The notes: generated from the letters alone by a model not told the origin. 64,000 nucleotides of DNA from Kiloniellaceae bacterium (GCA_040217155.1 JAVJNS010000026.1:94366-158365); one strand, 5' to 3'. Numbered from the stretch's first letter, positions 10,066-19,880 are shown. Program-made: numbers and translations.

Positions 10066-11349
10066 TCAGGATTTCGTGAGGGTCTCGGCAGCGGCCATTC
10101 CGGAGCGTACCGCCGATTCGATGGTGGCGGGATAGCCGGTATCGGTCCAGTCGCCGGCCAGGACCAGGTTTTCCCAAGCTGTCCGGGCCCCCGGCCGGAG
10201 CCGCAGCGCCGCCGGTGTCTGCGCCAGAGTGGCGCGCTTTTCCTTGATGATCCGGATCACCGGTTCCAGGGCGGCATCGAGGCCGAGGGCCTTTGAGGTG
10301 TCGCGCCACATCAGCCGCGCGATTTCCTCGGTGGGGCGCTCGGCGAGGTCTTCGGCGGCACTGACCGTCAGACTCACCACGTCGTCGCGCAGAAACAGCC
10401 AGTCGGCGGCGCCTCCGACCAGGCCCAGGATCGGGAGGTCCGGCTTCAGAGCACGCTTTGGCTGCGTTCCTTCCGGCAGGCGGATGTGGGCGTTGACGAT
10501 GGGTCGGCTGTCCTGCGGCACTTGCAGCCCCGGCAGCAGGTCGGCGGCATTGCCCGGCGGCAGGGCCAGCACCAGGCTGTCCGCGGCGCCGAGGTCGACA
10601 CGCGTTTCACCGAAGTCGAGGGCGCTGACCCGCGCGTCCTCCAAAGTCAAAGCGCGCAGGCGCTGGCCGAAGGCTATATCCGCGCCGCCTCCCCGAAGCC
10701 TTGTCAGGGCTGGATCCACGAAGACGTCGCTGAGGCCGCGCTGCGCCACGAGGGGCCGGCAGGCGGCGGCGCCCTTGGCAAAGGAATCGCGGACCACGAG
10801 CCACAGCAGGCGGGCCGAGGCCTCGCGGGGATGGGTGTTGAGGGCGGCGACGGTGAGCGGTACCCAGAAGCGGTCCCACAGGGCGCCATGGCCGCCGAGG
10901 CAGTCGGCGACGGTAGCGTCCTGCGCCGCGAAGGCGAGTTTCCAGGCCCCCAGATAGTCGCCGGCGCCGGTGCCGGGAATGCGCCTGGAGGCGCTGAAGA
11001 TCCACCAGGGGATGGGCCCGCTGCTGGGTGCCACCGTCCAGCTTTCGCCGGTCCCCAGGTCGAGAAAGGGAAAGGCGGCCTCAGTTGGCCGGGTCAGGCG
11101 GTCGGTGGCGCCGATGTCGGCGACGAAATCCAGGGCCGCGGTATTGGCGGCCAGCAGCATGTGATTGCCGTTGTCGATGCTGCGCTCCAACTTGGCATCG
11201 ACGTAGGAGCGGCAGCGCCCTCCGGCCTGGGCCGCGGCTTCATAGAGGGAGACCTGCCAGCCGCGCTGCGCCAGCCTCAGCGCCGCCGCCAGCCCGGCGA
11301 TGCCGGCACCGACGACATGTGCGCGGCGAGATGGGGCGCGTCCCACCAT
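10066..11349 (-). CDS. hpnE: Hydroxysqualene dehydroxylase (FAD-dependent)
   Basis: HVVGAGIAGLAAA, GGRCRSY, IDNGNH, LAGDWTDTGYPATIESAVRSG. Confidence 0.92.
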   Translation of the reverse strand: MVGRAPSRRAHVVGAGIAGLAAALRLAQRGWQVSLYEAAAQAGGRCRSYVDAKLERSIDNGNHMLLAANTAALDFVADIGATDRLTRPTEAAFPFLDLGTGESWTVAPSSGPIPWWIFSASRRIPGTGAGDYLGAWKLAFAAQDATVADCLGGHGALWDRFWVPLTVAALNTHPREASARLLWLVVRDSFAKGAAACRPLVAQRGLSDVFVDPALTRLRGGGADIAFGQRLRALTLEDARVSALDFGETRVDLGAADSLVLALPPGNAADLLPGLQVPQDSRPIVNAHIRLPEGTQPKRALKPDLPILGLVGGAADWLFLRDDVVSLTVSAAEDLAERPTEEIARLMWRDTSKALGLDAALEPVIRIIKEKRATLAQTPAALRLRPGARTAWENLVLAGDWTDTGYPATIESAVRSGMAAAETLTKS

Positions 11350-11353
11350 GGCG

Positions 11354-12229
11354 TCAGAGGCCGTTCCTGAGGACAAGCCAAAGCTTTTCCGCCTTGGGGA
11401 GGCGGACTTCCTCGGCCATGTCGCTCCAGCCGTGCTGCTCCAGACGGGTCAGCAGGCGGCGATAGACGGCGAGCATGATTCTTGCCGGGCGCATGGGTCC
11501 GCGCTTGCACAGCGCCATGAGGCGTTCGGCTTCGTCAAAACGCTGCTCCGCCAGTTGCGCCAGGTCGCGACAGACGTCGGGCAGACGCGGATCGCGCAGC
11601 ACGGTCATGGGATCCGTGGAATCGATGCCGCGACCCAGCAGCAGTTCGCGCGGCAGGTAGAGACGGCCGCGTGCTGCATCCTCGGCGATGTCGCGCAGGA
11701 TGTTGGTGATTTGCAGGGCATCGCCTTCGGCCAAGGCCAGTTCCCGAGCTTCAGCTTCCCCGGCACCGAAGGCGTGCACCGACAGGACGCCGACCGCGCC
11801 GGCGACCCGTCGGCAGTAGAGGCGGAAGTCGGTCATGCCTGGCGCGCGAATGTCGGCGCGGGCGTCCATCTCCATGCCGTCGATGACAGCCAGGAACTCC
11901 GCTTTGGGCAAGGCATAGTCACGCAGCGGGCGGAGCAGCGCGCGGGTGGTCGGCAGGCTTGGCGCGCCGGCATAGAGGCGTTCAATCTCCTCGCGCCAGG
12001 CTGCGAGGTCGCGCAATTTTTCTTCAGGCGTGCCGCCTTCGTCCGCGATGTCGTCGACCTCACGGCAAAAGGCGTAGATGGCATACATGGCCTCGCGCCG
12101 CGGCCTTGGCAGCAGCCGCATGCCCCAGAGAAAGGACGAGCCCGATGCGATCGCAACGTCGCGCACATGGGCCAGAGCCCGGTTCTGGTCCGTTGCCGAA
12201 GGTCCGGCGGCGGGAAGGGCAGCCGTCAT
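11354..12229 (-). CDS. hpnD: Presqualene diphosphate synthase
   Basis: GSSFLWGMRLL, YAFCREVDDIAD, YCRRVAGAVG, LQITNILRDIAED..RGRLYLP. Confidence 0.93.
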   Translation of the reverse strand: MTAALPAAGPSATDQNRALAHVRDVAIASGSSFLWGMRLLPRPRREAMYAIYAFCREVDDIADEGGTPEEKLRDLAAWREEIERLYAGAPSLPTTRALLRPLRDYALPKAEFLAVIDGMEMDARADIRAPGMTDFRLYCRRVAGAVGVLSVHAFGAGEAEARELALAEGDALQITNILRDIAEDAARGRLYLPRELLLGRGIDSTDPMTVLRDPRLPDVCRDLAQLAEQRFDEAERLMALCKRGPMRPARIMLAVYRRLLTRLEQHGWSDMAEEVRLPKAEKLWLVLRNGL

Positions 12230-13101
12230 CCGCGCTGACCCGCCGGCTCATGGCGCCGGATCAGGCGGCCGAGTTGCACGCCAAGCATTCCTGTGACGCC
12301 GCAAGCGATGAAATCGATTCGGCTCAGGGCAACGCGCCCGGCAAGGGGGTCGCCATCGCGCAGGCGTGCCGACAAGCGACGTGCCAGTCTTATGATGACC
12401 GAGGACTCCATGGCCAGACGCGTCGAGCGCAGCTGCCCGGGCAGCCGCTCGGCCTCATCCAGCAGAGAGTCGACGCCGTCCAGGCAGCGGTCCAAGAGGC
12501 GCCGGAAGCCGGGCGGCGCTGCCAAGGCGCTCAGCACCGAAACGTCAAGTGCTTCGGCTTCCAGCCAGTCAGACGGCAGGTAGACGCGATCGAGCCCCTG
12601 GTAGTCGTCCTGACAATCCTGCAGGTGGTTGAGGATCTGCAGGGCGCTGCACAGGGCGTCCGAGGCAGGATAGCCGTTGGGACTCTCGCCGTGCAGATCG
12701 AGCAGGTAGCGGCCCACAGGGTTGGCCGAGAGCCGGCAATAACCGAGCAGTTCTCCCCAGTCCGCGTAGCGCAGCTTTACGGCATCCTGCTTGAAGGCGG
12801 CGATCAGATCGGTGCCGCGCTCGGTGGTGACGCCGGTGGCGGCAAGGCTCTCGCGGAGCCGCGCGGCCTTCGTCAGGCCGTCATCGGTTCCGGTCAGCGC
12901 CGCCTCGAAGGCGGACAGCCGGGCGATCTTGTCTTCGGCAGAGAGATCCGGATTGTCGGCGATGTCGTCGATCGCGCGGGCGAAAGCGTAGTATGTGGCG
13001 ACATGCGGCCGCAACGCGGCCGGCAGCAGCCAGGAGCCGACTGGGAAGTTCTCCTCCGCCGCGCTCTTGCCCGACGGTGTCTCGACCTTTGCGTCAGTCA
13101 T
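12226..13101 (-). CDS. hpnC: Squalene synthase HpnC (hydroxysqualene synthase)
   Basis: ENFPVGSWLL, YAFARAIDDIAD, YCRLSANPVGR, LQILNHLQD. Start moved to ATG 13101. 4-bp ATGA overlap with hpnD. Confidence 0.93.
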   Translation of the reverse strand: MTDAKVETPSGKSAAEENFPVGSWLLPAALRPHVATYYAFARAIDDIADNPDLSAEDKIARLSAFEAALTGTDDGLTKAARLRESLAATGVTTERGTDLIAAFKQDAVKLRYADWGELLGYCRLSANPVGRYLLDLHGESPNGYPASDALCSALQILNHLQDCQDDYQGLDRVYLPSDWLEAEALDVSVLSALAAPPGFRRLLDRCLDGVDSLLDEAERLPGQLRSTRLAMESSVIIRLARRLSARLRDGDPLAGRVALSRIDFIACGVTGMLGVQLGRLIRRHEPAGQRG

Positions 13102-13112
13102 CTGCCTCGACT

Positions 13113-14327
13113 TTAGCCGCCTCTCGCGTTCTCGTCGCCATGCTTGCCCTGCACTCGGCCCTTCCACTGTCCGCCCACGCCGCGCCAATGACGCCACGCG
13201 GAATCGAAAGTCATGGCGCTATATAGGCCAGCGGCAAGAGGCAGCAAAGGCGCAATCCACCATGGCTGGCCGTAGAGACGGAGTGTGGGCAAGAGCGAGA
13301 GCGTCATCATCGCCCAGGCGCTGGCGGCGGCCAGGGCCGTCGAAAGCTGCAGGTGCCAGGGGTAACTGAGCAGCAGCAGAGGGGGGGCAAGGTAGGTCAA
13401 AACCATCCCAAGCAGCGTGCCGGCGAGCAGCAGCGGCGAGTGGCGGAGCTGGGTGTAGGCGGTCCGGGCAACCATGGTCCAGATGGCGCCGAGACCCGCG
13501 TAGGGTCGGATCGAACTTGCCTCGGTGGTGAGGCCCAGCCAGATACCGGAACCGCTTTCCCGGCGGCTGGCCTTGACCGCCGCGGCCAGGCTGCAATCGT
13601 CGATCAGGGCATCGCGGATCGAGGCGAGGCCGCCAATGCGCTCCAAGGCGTCGCGCCGCAACAGGATACAGCCGCCGGCGGCCGCGGCTGTCGCTCTCGA
13701 GGGGTCGTTGACCCAGGAAAAGGGGTAAAGCTTCTGGAAAAAGTAGATGAACGGCGGGATCAGCAGGCGCTCCCAGAAATCCTCGCAGCGCAGCGCGACC
13801 ATCAGCGAGACCAGGTCGCGGCCCTCGTCTTGCGCCTTTGCCATCAAGTTGCGCAGGGCCGCGGGCGGCTGCCTGATGTCGGCATCGCTGAACCACAGAA
13901 AATCGGTTTCCGCGCCGACCTGCTGCGTGCCTTCCCGCAGTGCCCAAAGCTTTCCGGTCCAGCCATGGGGCAGATCGCCGGGCTGCTTCAAGCGGAAGCG
14001 TTCCGGGTGGCGGCTCCGTGCGGCGGCGTCGCGGGCGACGCTTGCCGTTCCGTCGCCACTGTGGTCATCCACCAGCAGCACCGTCAGCTTGCCGGGGTAG
14101 TCCTGCTCAAGCAGGGACGTAAGGCTCTCGGCGATGATCCCGGCTTCGTCGCGGGCCGGTATGACGGCTGTAACGCTCGGCCAGTGGTCCAGTGTCGCCG
14201 CGGAAGCCGCCAGCCGTTCCGTGGCTCTCCAGAACCCGCCGCGAAAGGCCAGGAGATAGACCCAGATCAAGGCCGAAAGCAAGGCTATGGCTGGGAGCAG
14301 GGAGGGCCCGAGAAGACTCGATGACAA
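13113..14327 (-). CDS. hpnB: Hopene-associated GT2 glycosyltransferase
   Basis: N-terminal TM helix, VIPARDEA, VDDHSGDGT, GWTGKLWAL, FSDADI, AAAGGCIL, ALIDDC, MVARTAYTQL, C-terminal TM helices. Confidence 0.88.
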   Translation of the reverse strand: MSSSLLGPSLLPAIALLSALIWVYLLAFRGGFWRATERLAASAATLDHWPSVTAVIPARDEAGIIAESLTSLLEQDYPGKLTVLLVDDHSGDGTASVARDAAARSRHPERFRLKQPGDLPHGWTGKLWALREGTQQVGAETDFLWFSDADIRQPPAALRNLMAKAQDEGRDLVSLMVALRCEDFWERLLIPPFIYFFQKLYPFSWVNDPSRATAAAAGGCILLRRDALERIGGLASIRDALIDDCSLAAAVKASRRESGSGIWLGLTTEASSIRPYAGLGAIWTMVARTAYTQLRHSPLLLAGTLLGMVLTYLAPPLLLLSYPWHLQLSTALAAASAWAMMTLSLLPTLRLYGQPWWIAPLLPLAAGLYSAMTFDSAWRHWRGVGGQWKGRVQGKHGDENARGG

Positions 14328-14452
14328 GATTGGGCGCTTTCGGTTCGAGGCCTTGGACGCGTCGCTTCTACAGAACCGTCAGCAGCGGAGTCGCGCGACC
14401 GGCGCCGACGGTACCTTGCCAACGAGGCCGTGTCCTTCGGCAGACTTGGGGG

Positions 14453-14956
14453 CTAACGGTCTCGTCGGGAATTTACGTTCAGGGACATCAGACGGTCCAG
14501 CACAACTCCATCGCTTGAAAGCGGCAGGCAAAGGGCTTCGACGTCAAAGAGCGTGCGCATTCCAGACTTGGCCTCGGGCCAATAGGCGTAGCAGGGCAAG
14601 GCCTGGCTGACGCAGAAATCGAAGAGCTGTATCGACCGCTTGCGCACCCGGTCAGGCGCGGTGGATTCAGAGACCTTGCGTCCGGTCTGCTCCCCATAGG
14701 CGTTCACGAGGTTCTGGCCAAACAACCGCACGAAGTAATCGCCGTCTTCGAGTATATCCACCATAAGGATGTGGGGCCAAAGCGAAACCACCTGTTCTGG
14801 ATCCATGTCGGCGCGGCGCGGGAATTTTGCATCGCCTTTGATGGTCCGCCAATAAGCCAGCGCCTCCGTCAGAATGGGAGAAATGAACGCAAGGCCGTCA
14901 ACGATTACCGGACCGATGGGCAGACTTTGGGCCCGCTCCTCGTCAACCTGACACAT
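14453..14956 (-). CDS. Stand-alone PAS_5 (DUF1457-like) domain protein
   Basis: LAYW..IKG...PRRADMDP....LWPHILMVD....YFVRLFG..L...YG, EALCLPLSSDG. Start uncertain (ORF track gives 15034). Confidence 0.75.
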   Translation of the reverse strand: MCQVDEERAQSLPIGPVIVDGLAFISPILTEALAYWRTIKGDAKFPRRADMDPEQVVSLWPHILMVDILEDGDYFVRLFGQNLVNAYGEQTGRKVSESTAPDRVRKRSIQLFDFCVSQALPCYAYWPEAKSGMRTLFDVEALCLPLSSDGVVLDRLMSLNVNSRRDR

Positions 14957-15150
14957 GTTGCCCCCAATCAGGTCATAAACCTGCGCTTGCAGTCCGCCAC
15001 CCGCAGTCGGCAGCGGCTCCAATCCCTCGACCAAGCCGCTTTCGATATTCCGAGTCCAGGGACAGAGATGTTATGCGTCTTATCGGCAGGCTGCATGGAT
15101 TCTTTTCTGATCGAAGATCCGGGCATCCGGCCAGCCGCCTTGACGAGTCG

Positions 15151-15711
15151 CTATGCTTCGGTTTCCGGTTGAATATCGCTGCGAAATTTGCCGATAGAAA
15201 CGGAGGGCTGGAACCTGCCATGAGCTTGCAGAACCGTCTCGCGGTCATTCGGGCTACTGTCTTTGAAAATCACCCCGGAAAGAACCATAGTCACCGCAGT
15301 TTGATCATCACTCAAAGGCAACATCAGGCGCTTCGCCTGGAGCGCAACCGACGAGCCGGCGCCAAATTTGCTTTCGGAATAAAGCGGCGCCACTTCATTC
15401 ATCAAGCGCGCATAGAGTCCCGTGATGTATTCGATAAAAGGACCTTCCAACAACTCGTCGAGGAATCGATTGGTCAACGCACAGCCAAAATGCTGCTCGA
15501 TCTGGGTGCCGGCGAGGCGATAGCGAATGCGAGGCTGCTGCCCGGCACCCCGATCGACGATTTCCGTTAGCGCGATGTGTGGCAGCAGGTGAGGAATATC
15601 GACTGGGTCGATGTCGCGGCGCGCCGGCGTCAGGCGCCCCCGGCATTGTCCCGACCAATAAGAATGCAACTCGGCGAGCACTGGCTCGTCCAGCCTTTCG
15701 GCAATTGACAT
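15151..15711 (-). CDS. Stand-alone PAS_5 domain protein
   Basis: LHSYWSGQCRGRLTPARRDIDPVDIPHLLPHIAL, RYRLAGT, RLMLPLSDD. Confidence 0.8.
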   Translation of the reverse strand: MSIAERLDEPVLAELHSYWSGQCRGRLTPARRDIDPVDIPHLLPHIALTEIVDRGAGQQPRIRYRLAGTQIEQHFGCALTNRFLDELLEGPFIEYITGLYARLMNEVAPLYSESKFGAGSSVALQAKRLMLPLSDDQTAVTMVLSGVIFKDSSPNDRETVLQAHGRFQPSVSIGKFRSDIQPETEA

Positions 15712-15838
15712 ATACTCCGCCCCCGATGTCCGTGGCCCCTCTTGCGGAGGTTGAGAGAGCCATGTGGAATGATGCACGACTATAAGTGGAAGAGGTTTCA
15801 GACTCTCCCACGTCTAGGTTAGCACCTCGCCGTATTGA

Positions 15839-16435
15839 TTATAAACACTTTTCGAGAGCGCTGCAGCGATCGAGAAAAAGCCGCTTTGCCTTGGCCGCTC
15901 CCCAGGGGTGCAGTTCGATGGTGTCGAACCTCTTGAAATGGCCGAAGAGGCGACGCGCCTCGCTGTGGGAAAAACCCGCCAGCTGCGTGGCCTCCAGATA
16001 GGCTGCAATCCGGTCGGCGCGCTTGATCAGCCGCTTCAGCTCCTCGGACTCTCTGGCTGAGAGTCCAAAGCGCAAGCGAATCGCGGTCATCAGCCGCGCC
16101 TCCAGGGCCTTGTAGTCCACACCCACGGCAGCCTTGAAGGGTGTGATGAGGTCGCCGATGACATATTCCGCAGCGTCATGCAGCACCACAGAGAGGTGCC
16201 CGGCAGCATCCAGACCGGGGCGCAGCCTGCCGGCAATGTCGTCGACAAGAAGACTGTGCTGGGCGACCGAGAAGGCGGTGTCCCCCGATGTCTGCCCGTT
16301 CCATCGGGCGACTCGGGCCAGACCGTGGGCAATATCTTCGATCTCGATATCGAGCGGGGAGGGGTCCAGCAGATCGAGGCGGCGGCCCGAGAGCATCCTC
16401 TGCCAAGCCCGCTTCACTTCCTTCATGCCAGCCAT
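15839..16435 (-). CDS. HD-domain hydrolase (YfbR/5'-deoxynucleotidase-like)
   Basis: RAWQRMLSGRRLDLLDPSP.DIEIEDIAHGLARVARWNGQT, SVAQHS, LHDAAEYVIGD. Confidence 0.85.
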   Translation of the reverse strand: MAGMKEVKRAWQRMLSGRRLDLLDPSPLDIEIEDIAHGLARVARWNGQTSGDTAFSVAQHSLLVDDIAGRLRPGLDAAGHLSVVLHDAAEYVIGDLITPFKAAVGVDYKALEARLMTAIRLRFGLSARESEELKRLIKRADRIAAYLEATQLAGFSHSEARRLFGHFKRFDTIELHPWGAAKAKRLFLDRCSALEKCL

Positions 16436-16583
16436 CGTCCTTCCACCGCCGCCTGTGTCAGACGACAAGGCATAAGCAGCCCCAGTCCGGGACGCAAGGG
16501 ATCTCCCGAGCGGCCGGTGGTTGTCACGCGACGCAAAGCATGGTGAAACGGCAGCAGCAACTTACAGAGGGATCCTTGCGGCG

Positions 16584-18116
16584 ATGACCCAGAACATTCT
16601 CCTGATCACGGCCGATCAATGGCGTGGCGATTGTCTGGGCGTTGCCGGCCACCCGGTAGTGCGTACGCCGGCCATCGATGCTCTGGCGGCAGCGGGGACC
16701 AGCTTCCTGCGCCACTATGCCCAGTCGGCCCCCTGTTCACCGGCGCGCGCCTCGCTCTATACCGGCCTCTATCAGATGAACCACAGGGTGCTGCGCAACG
16801 GCACGCCGCTGGACGCCCGGCACGACAACATCGCCAAAGCCTTGGCGCGTCAGGGCTATCAGCCCACGCTCTTCGGTTATACCGATCAGGCGGTCGATCC
16901 ACGCAGCACCACGCCAGACGACCCGCGCCTGACCACCTACGAAGAGGTATTGCCCGGCTTTGCCGCCGAGGTGAAGCTGCCGGAAGATAATGCGGCCTGG
17001 TTCGAGTGGATGGCCGCGCGCGGCCACAACCTGCCGAAAGATCCCTGGGCCGTCTTCTGGCCGGAGGCGGGCAAACCGGAGTTGCCGTCGACCGCGCCGC
17101 CGCGCTACAGCCAGGACGAAACCGAAACCGCCTTTCTGACCGGCGCCTTTCTCGACTGGATGGTCGACCGGCCACAGGATGTTCCCTGGTTTGCCCATCT
17201 CTCGTTCCTGCGTCCGCACCCGCCCTTCCTGGTGCCGGCCCCGTTCAATGAAATGTATGACCCGGCAGTCGGCCCGGCCTTCCGGCGCGCCGCCTCGCCG
17301 GGCGAGGAGGCGGCCCAGCATCCCTATCTCGCCTACTGGCTGGAACGCGCGACTGCCGGCACTTTCTGCTTGGTCGAGGATGGCAGGAGACCCGTGGCCG
17401 ACTGGCCGGAAGACGCCTTCCGCAGAGTTCGCGCCACCTATTGGGGCATGATCTCTGAGGTTGACCGTCAGATCGATCGGCTGATCGAGGGATTGAAGGG
17501 CGCCGGGGCCTGGGACAACACGATTATCGTGTTGACCTCGGACCACGGCGAAATGATGGGCGACCACTGGACGCTTGGAAAGTTCGGATATTTCGATCAG
17601 GCCTACCACATCCCGCTGATTGTCCGGGACCCGAGCCGGACGGAAGGATTCGGGCGGCGGGTCGCGGCTTTCACCGAGGCGGTCGATGTGGTGCCGACGA
17701 TCCTCGAAGCGGCCGGTGCCGAGCGTGAGGGACCCTCCGACGGCCGCTCGCTCTCACCCTTTCTGCGGGGTGAAACGCCGGCGGTTTGGCGCCAAGAGGC
17801 GCACTGGGAGTACGACTTCCGTGAGGTCGCGAGCGGCGCGGCGCAGCAGGCACTGGGACTCGACCTCGATGACTGCTCGCTCTCGGTCATTCGGGACGGG
17901 CGTTACAAATACGTCCATTTCGCCGGGCTCGCGCCCTTGCTCTTCGACCTCGCCGAGGATCCGGACGAGCTGCGCAACTTTGCCGAAGACCGCAATTACC
18001 TGGCCGTACGCCTGGAAATGGCAGAGAAGCTCCTGGCCTGGCGCGGTCATTATCTGGACCGCCGGCTGACCGGGATCTCACTGACGGCGAACGGCCCGGT
18101 CGACGCGCGGGCTTGA
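16584..18116 (+). CDS. Sulfatase/alkaline-phosphatase superfamily hydrolase, phosphonate monoester hydrolase-like
   Basis: NILLITADQWRGD, CSPARASLYTG (CxPxR formylglycine motif), SFLRPHPP, SDHGEMMGDHW, KFGYF, HWEYDFR, YVHFAGL. Confidence 0.85.
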   Translation: MTQNILLITADQWRGDCLGVAGHPVVRTPAIDALAAAGTSFLRHYAQSAPCSPARASLYTGLYQMNHRVLRNGTPLDARHDNIAKALARQGYQPTLFGYTDQAVDPRSTTPDDPRLTTYEEVLPGFAAEVKLPEDNAAWFEWMAARGHNLPKDPWAVFWPEAGKPELPSTAPPRYSQDETETAFLTGAFLDWMVDRPQDVPWFAHLSFLRPHPPFLVPAPFNEMYDPAVGPAFRRAASPGEEAAQHPYLAYWLERATAGTFCLVEDGRRPVADWPEDAFRRVRATYWGMISEVDRQIDRLIEGLKGAGAWDNTIIVLTSDHGEMMGDHWTLGKFGYFDQAYHIPLIVRDPSRTEGFGRRVAAFTEAVDVVPTILEAAGAEREGPSDGRSLSPFLRGETPAVWRQEAHWEYDFREVASGAAQQALGLDLDDCSLSVIRDGRYKYVHFAGLAPLLFDLAEDPDELRNFAEDRNYLAVRLEMAEKLLAWRGHYLDRRLTGISLTANGPVDARA

Positions 18117-18126
18117 GTGGACGCGG

Positions 18127-19137
18127 CTACGCGGCAGGGCGTTCCCAACGGCCGCTGTCGCCGGAGCGGAACAGCGCGTCGAGAATGCGCATCATCCGGA
18201 TCGCGTCTTCGATGCCATAGGGCAGCTCAGCTTCGCCCAGCACCACGCGGGCAAAGGCATCGCATTGCTCGGCGTATTGGTCGCAGGCCGCCAGGGTGTG
18301 ACACTTGCGCGCGTTGTCGCCCAGCACCGCGCCGTCGTCGAGATAGACCCGCGTCCGCGAACCCTGCGGAGCGTTGAAGGGGATCTCGATCTCGAGGCGC
18401 CCTTTGGTGCCGACCGCATGGACCCGCTGGTACGGCGTCACCTGGGTCGAGACCGTAAAGTCGCTGCGCCGGCCGTTACCGAAGTCGAGAATCGCCGTGG
18501 CCAGACGGTCGGTGCCGAACTGGGGATCGCGTTCGATCAAGGCAATGACCTGATTCGGTTCTGCTTCGAACAGAAAGCGGCTGACGACCGTGGGATAACA
18601 GCCGATGTCAAGCAAGCCGCCGCCGCCGGTCTCCGGTTTGTTGCGGATGTTGTCGGGATCCAGGTTCGCATAAGAAAAGAAACTCTGAATGGCGCGAAGA
18701 TCGCCGAGCACGCCGGATCGTACCTGCTCGCGCGCCCAGAGCCACTGCGGATGAAATCGCACCATGAAGCCTTCCATCACCGGGACCTTGTCGCCGATGG
18801 CGCGCAGCCGCTCCGCATCGGCGGCGTTCATGGCGATCGGCTTTTCGCAGAGGACCGGCTTGCCGGCGGCGGCGGCCTGCAGCGTCAGATCGACGTGCAG
18901 GTTGTTGGGCAGTGGGTTGTAGACCGCATCGACCTCGGGATCCGCCAGCATTTCCGCATAGGAGCCGTAGGACTTGTCGATGCCCAGATCTCGGGCGGCC
19001 GCTTCGGCCTTGGCCTTGTCCCGCGAGGCGATGGCCGTCACCCGTCCCCGCTGCGAGCGCTGAATCGCCGGAATTACTTTTTCGACGCCGATCAATGCGG
19101 TGCTCAATACACCCCAGCGGACCTTCTCCAAGACCAT
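18127..19137 (-). CDS. Gfo/Idh/MocA family oxidoreductase
   Basis: RWGVLSTALIG, YNPLPNNLH, VLCEKP, GGGGLLDIGCY. GGAGGAGG RBS. Confidence 0.92.
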   Translation of the reverse strand: MVLEKVRWGVLSTALIGVEKVIPAIQRSQRGRVTAIASRDKAKAEAAARDLGIDKSYGSYAEMLADPEVDAVYNPLPNNLHVDLTLQAAAAGKPVLCEKPIAMNAADAERLRAIGDKVPVMEGFMVRFHPQWLWAREQVRSGVLGDLRAIQSFFSYANLDPDNIRNKPETGGGGLLDIGCYPTVVSRFLFEAEPNQVIALIERDPQFGTDRLATAILDFGNGRRSDFTVSTQVTPYQRVHAVGTKGRLEIEIPFNAPQGSRTRVYLDDGAVLGDNARKCHTLAACDQYAEQCDAFARVVLGEAELPYGIEDAIRMMRILDALFRSGDSGRWERPAA

Positions 19138-19304
19138 CCTCCTCCAATTTCCGATTGCCGTCCGCCGACACTACAAGACTCCCAGCCCAGGGGTCGACCG
19201 TGCCGACGGGCGGCCAGCGATCAAACTGCGCCCCCGGCCTGACAATCCAAGCAAAGTCAGTATACAATTGTCTGGAGCTTCACGTTAACCGGGCAGATGA
19301 CAGG

Positions 19305-19859
19305 TTGCTGGATCAATCTGAAGCGAACCCTCCGTCCTTTCGCGGCAGAATCGCACAGGCGCAACTGCGGGAACTCTACGATCTCTGGCTGGCGCACAGC
19401 AGCGACACCGCGGTCATGCCGCGTTCCGCCCTTGATCCGGTGGCCATGCCGAGCCTGTTGAAGAATTTGATTCTCGCCGATGTCGGCGCCGGCGGGCGGG
19501 ACATCAGCTACCGTCTTGTGGGAACGGAGATCGTCGAGGCGCATGGATTCGACTACACCGGCTGGAACATCGAGCGGCTGACCAGCGGATCGACCCTGGC
19601 ATTCACCCAACGCCTCTACGGCATGGTCGTATCGCGCGCTGTCCCGGTCTATTCGGAAGGGCATTTCCGCTGGAGAGACAAGGAGTTCCACTGGGTCAAG
19701 CGGCTGCACCTGCCGCTGTCCCGCGACGCTGACGGGCGGGTCGATATGGTGCTGGCCGGCCAGTATTTCGAAACCGAGTACGGCGAGGAAGAACTGCTGC
19801 TGCCGGCCCGGCCGGAGCAACTGGCCGCAGACCGTAGAGGACTCATCGCTTCGCGCTGA
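19305..19859 (+). CDS. Stand-alone PAS_5 domain protein
   Basis: 3' part of ORF 18912..19859: LYDLW....MPRSALDP..MPSLLKNLILAD....SYRLVGT, RLHLPLSRD. Start (TTG 19305) uncertain. Confidence 0.75.
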   Translation: MLDQSEANPPSFRGRIAQAQLRELYDLWLAHSSDTAVMPRSALDPVAMPSLLKNLILADVGAGGRDISYRLVGTEIVEAHGFDYTGWNIERLTSGSTLAFTQRLYGMVVSRAVPVYSEGHFRWRDKEFHWVKRLHLPLSRDADGRVDMVLAGQYFETEYGEEELLLPARPEQLAADRRGLIASR

Positions 19860-19880
19860 AGCCGGCGCGTGGCGCCGCTC

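Noticed and set aside
19239-19268. CTGACA...TATACA/TACAAT possible promoter for the third PAS gene
   Set aside because: Weak -35 and ambiguous spacing; not supportable without TSS data.
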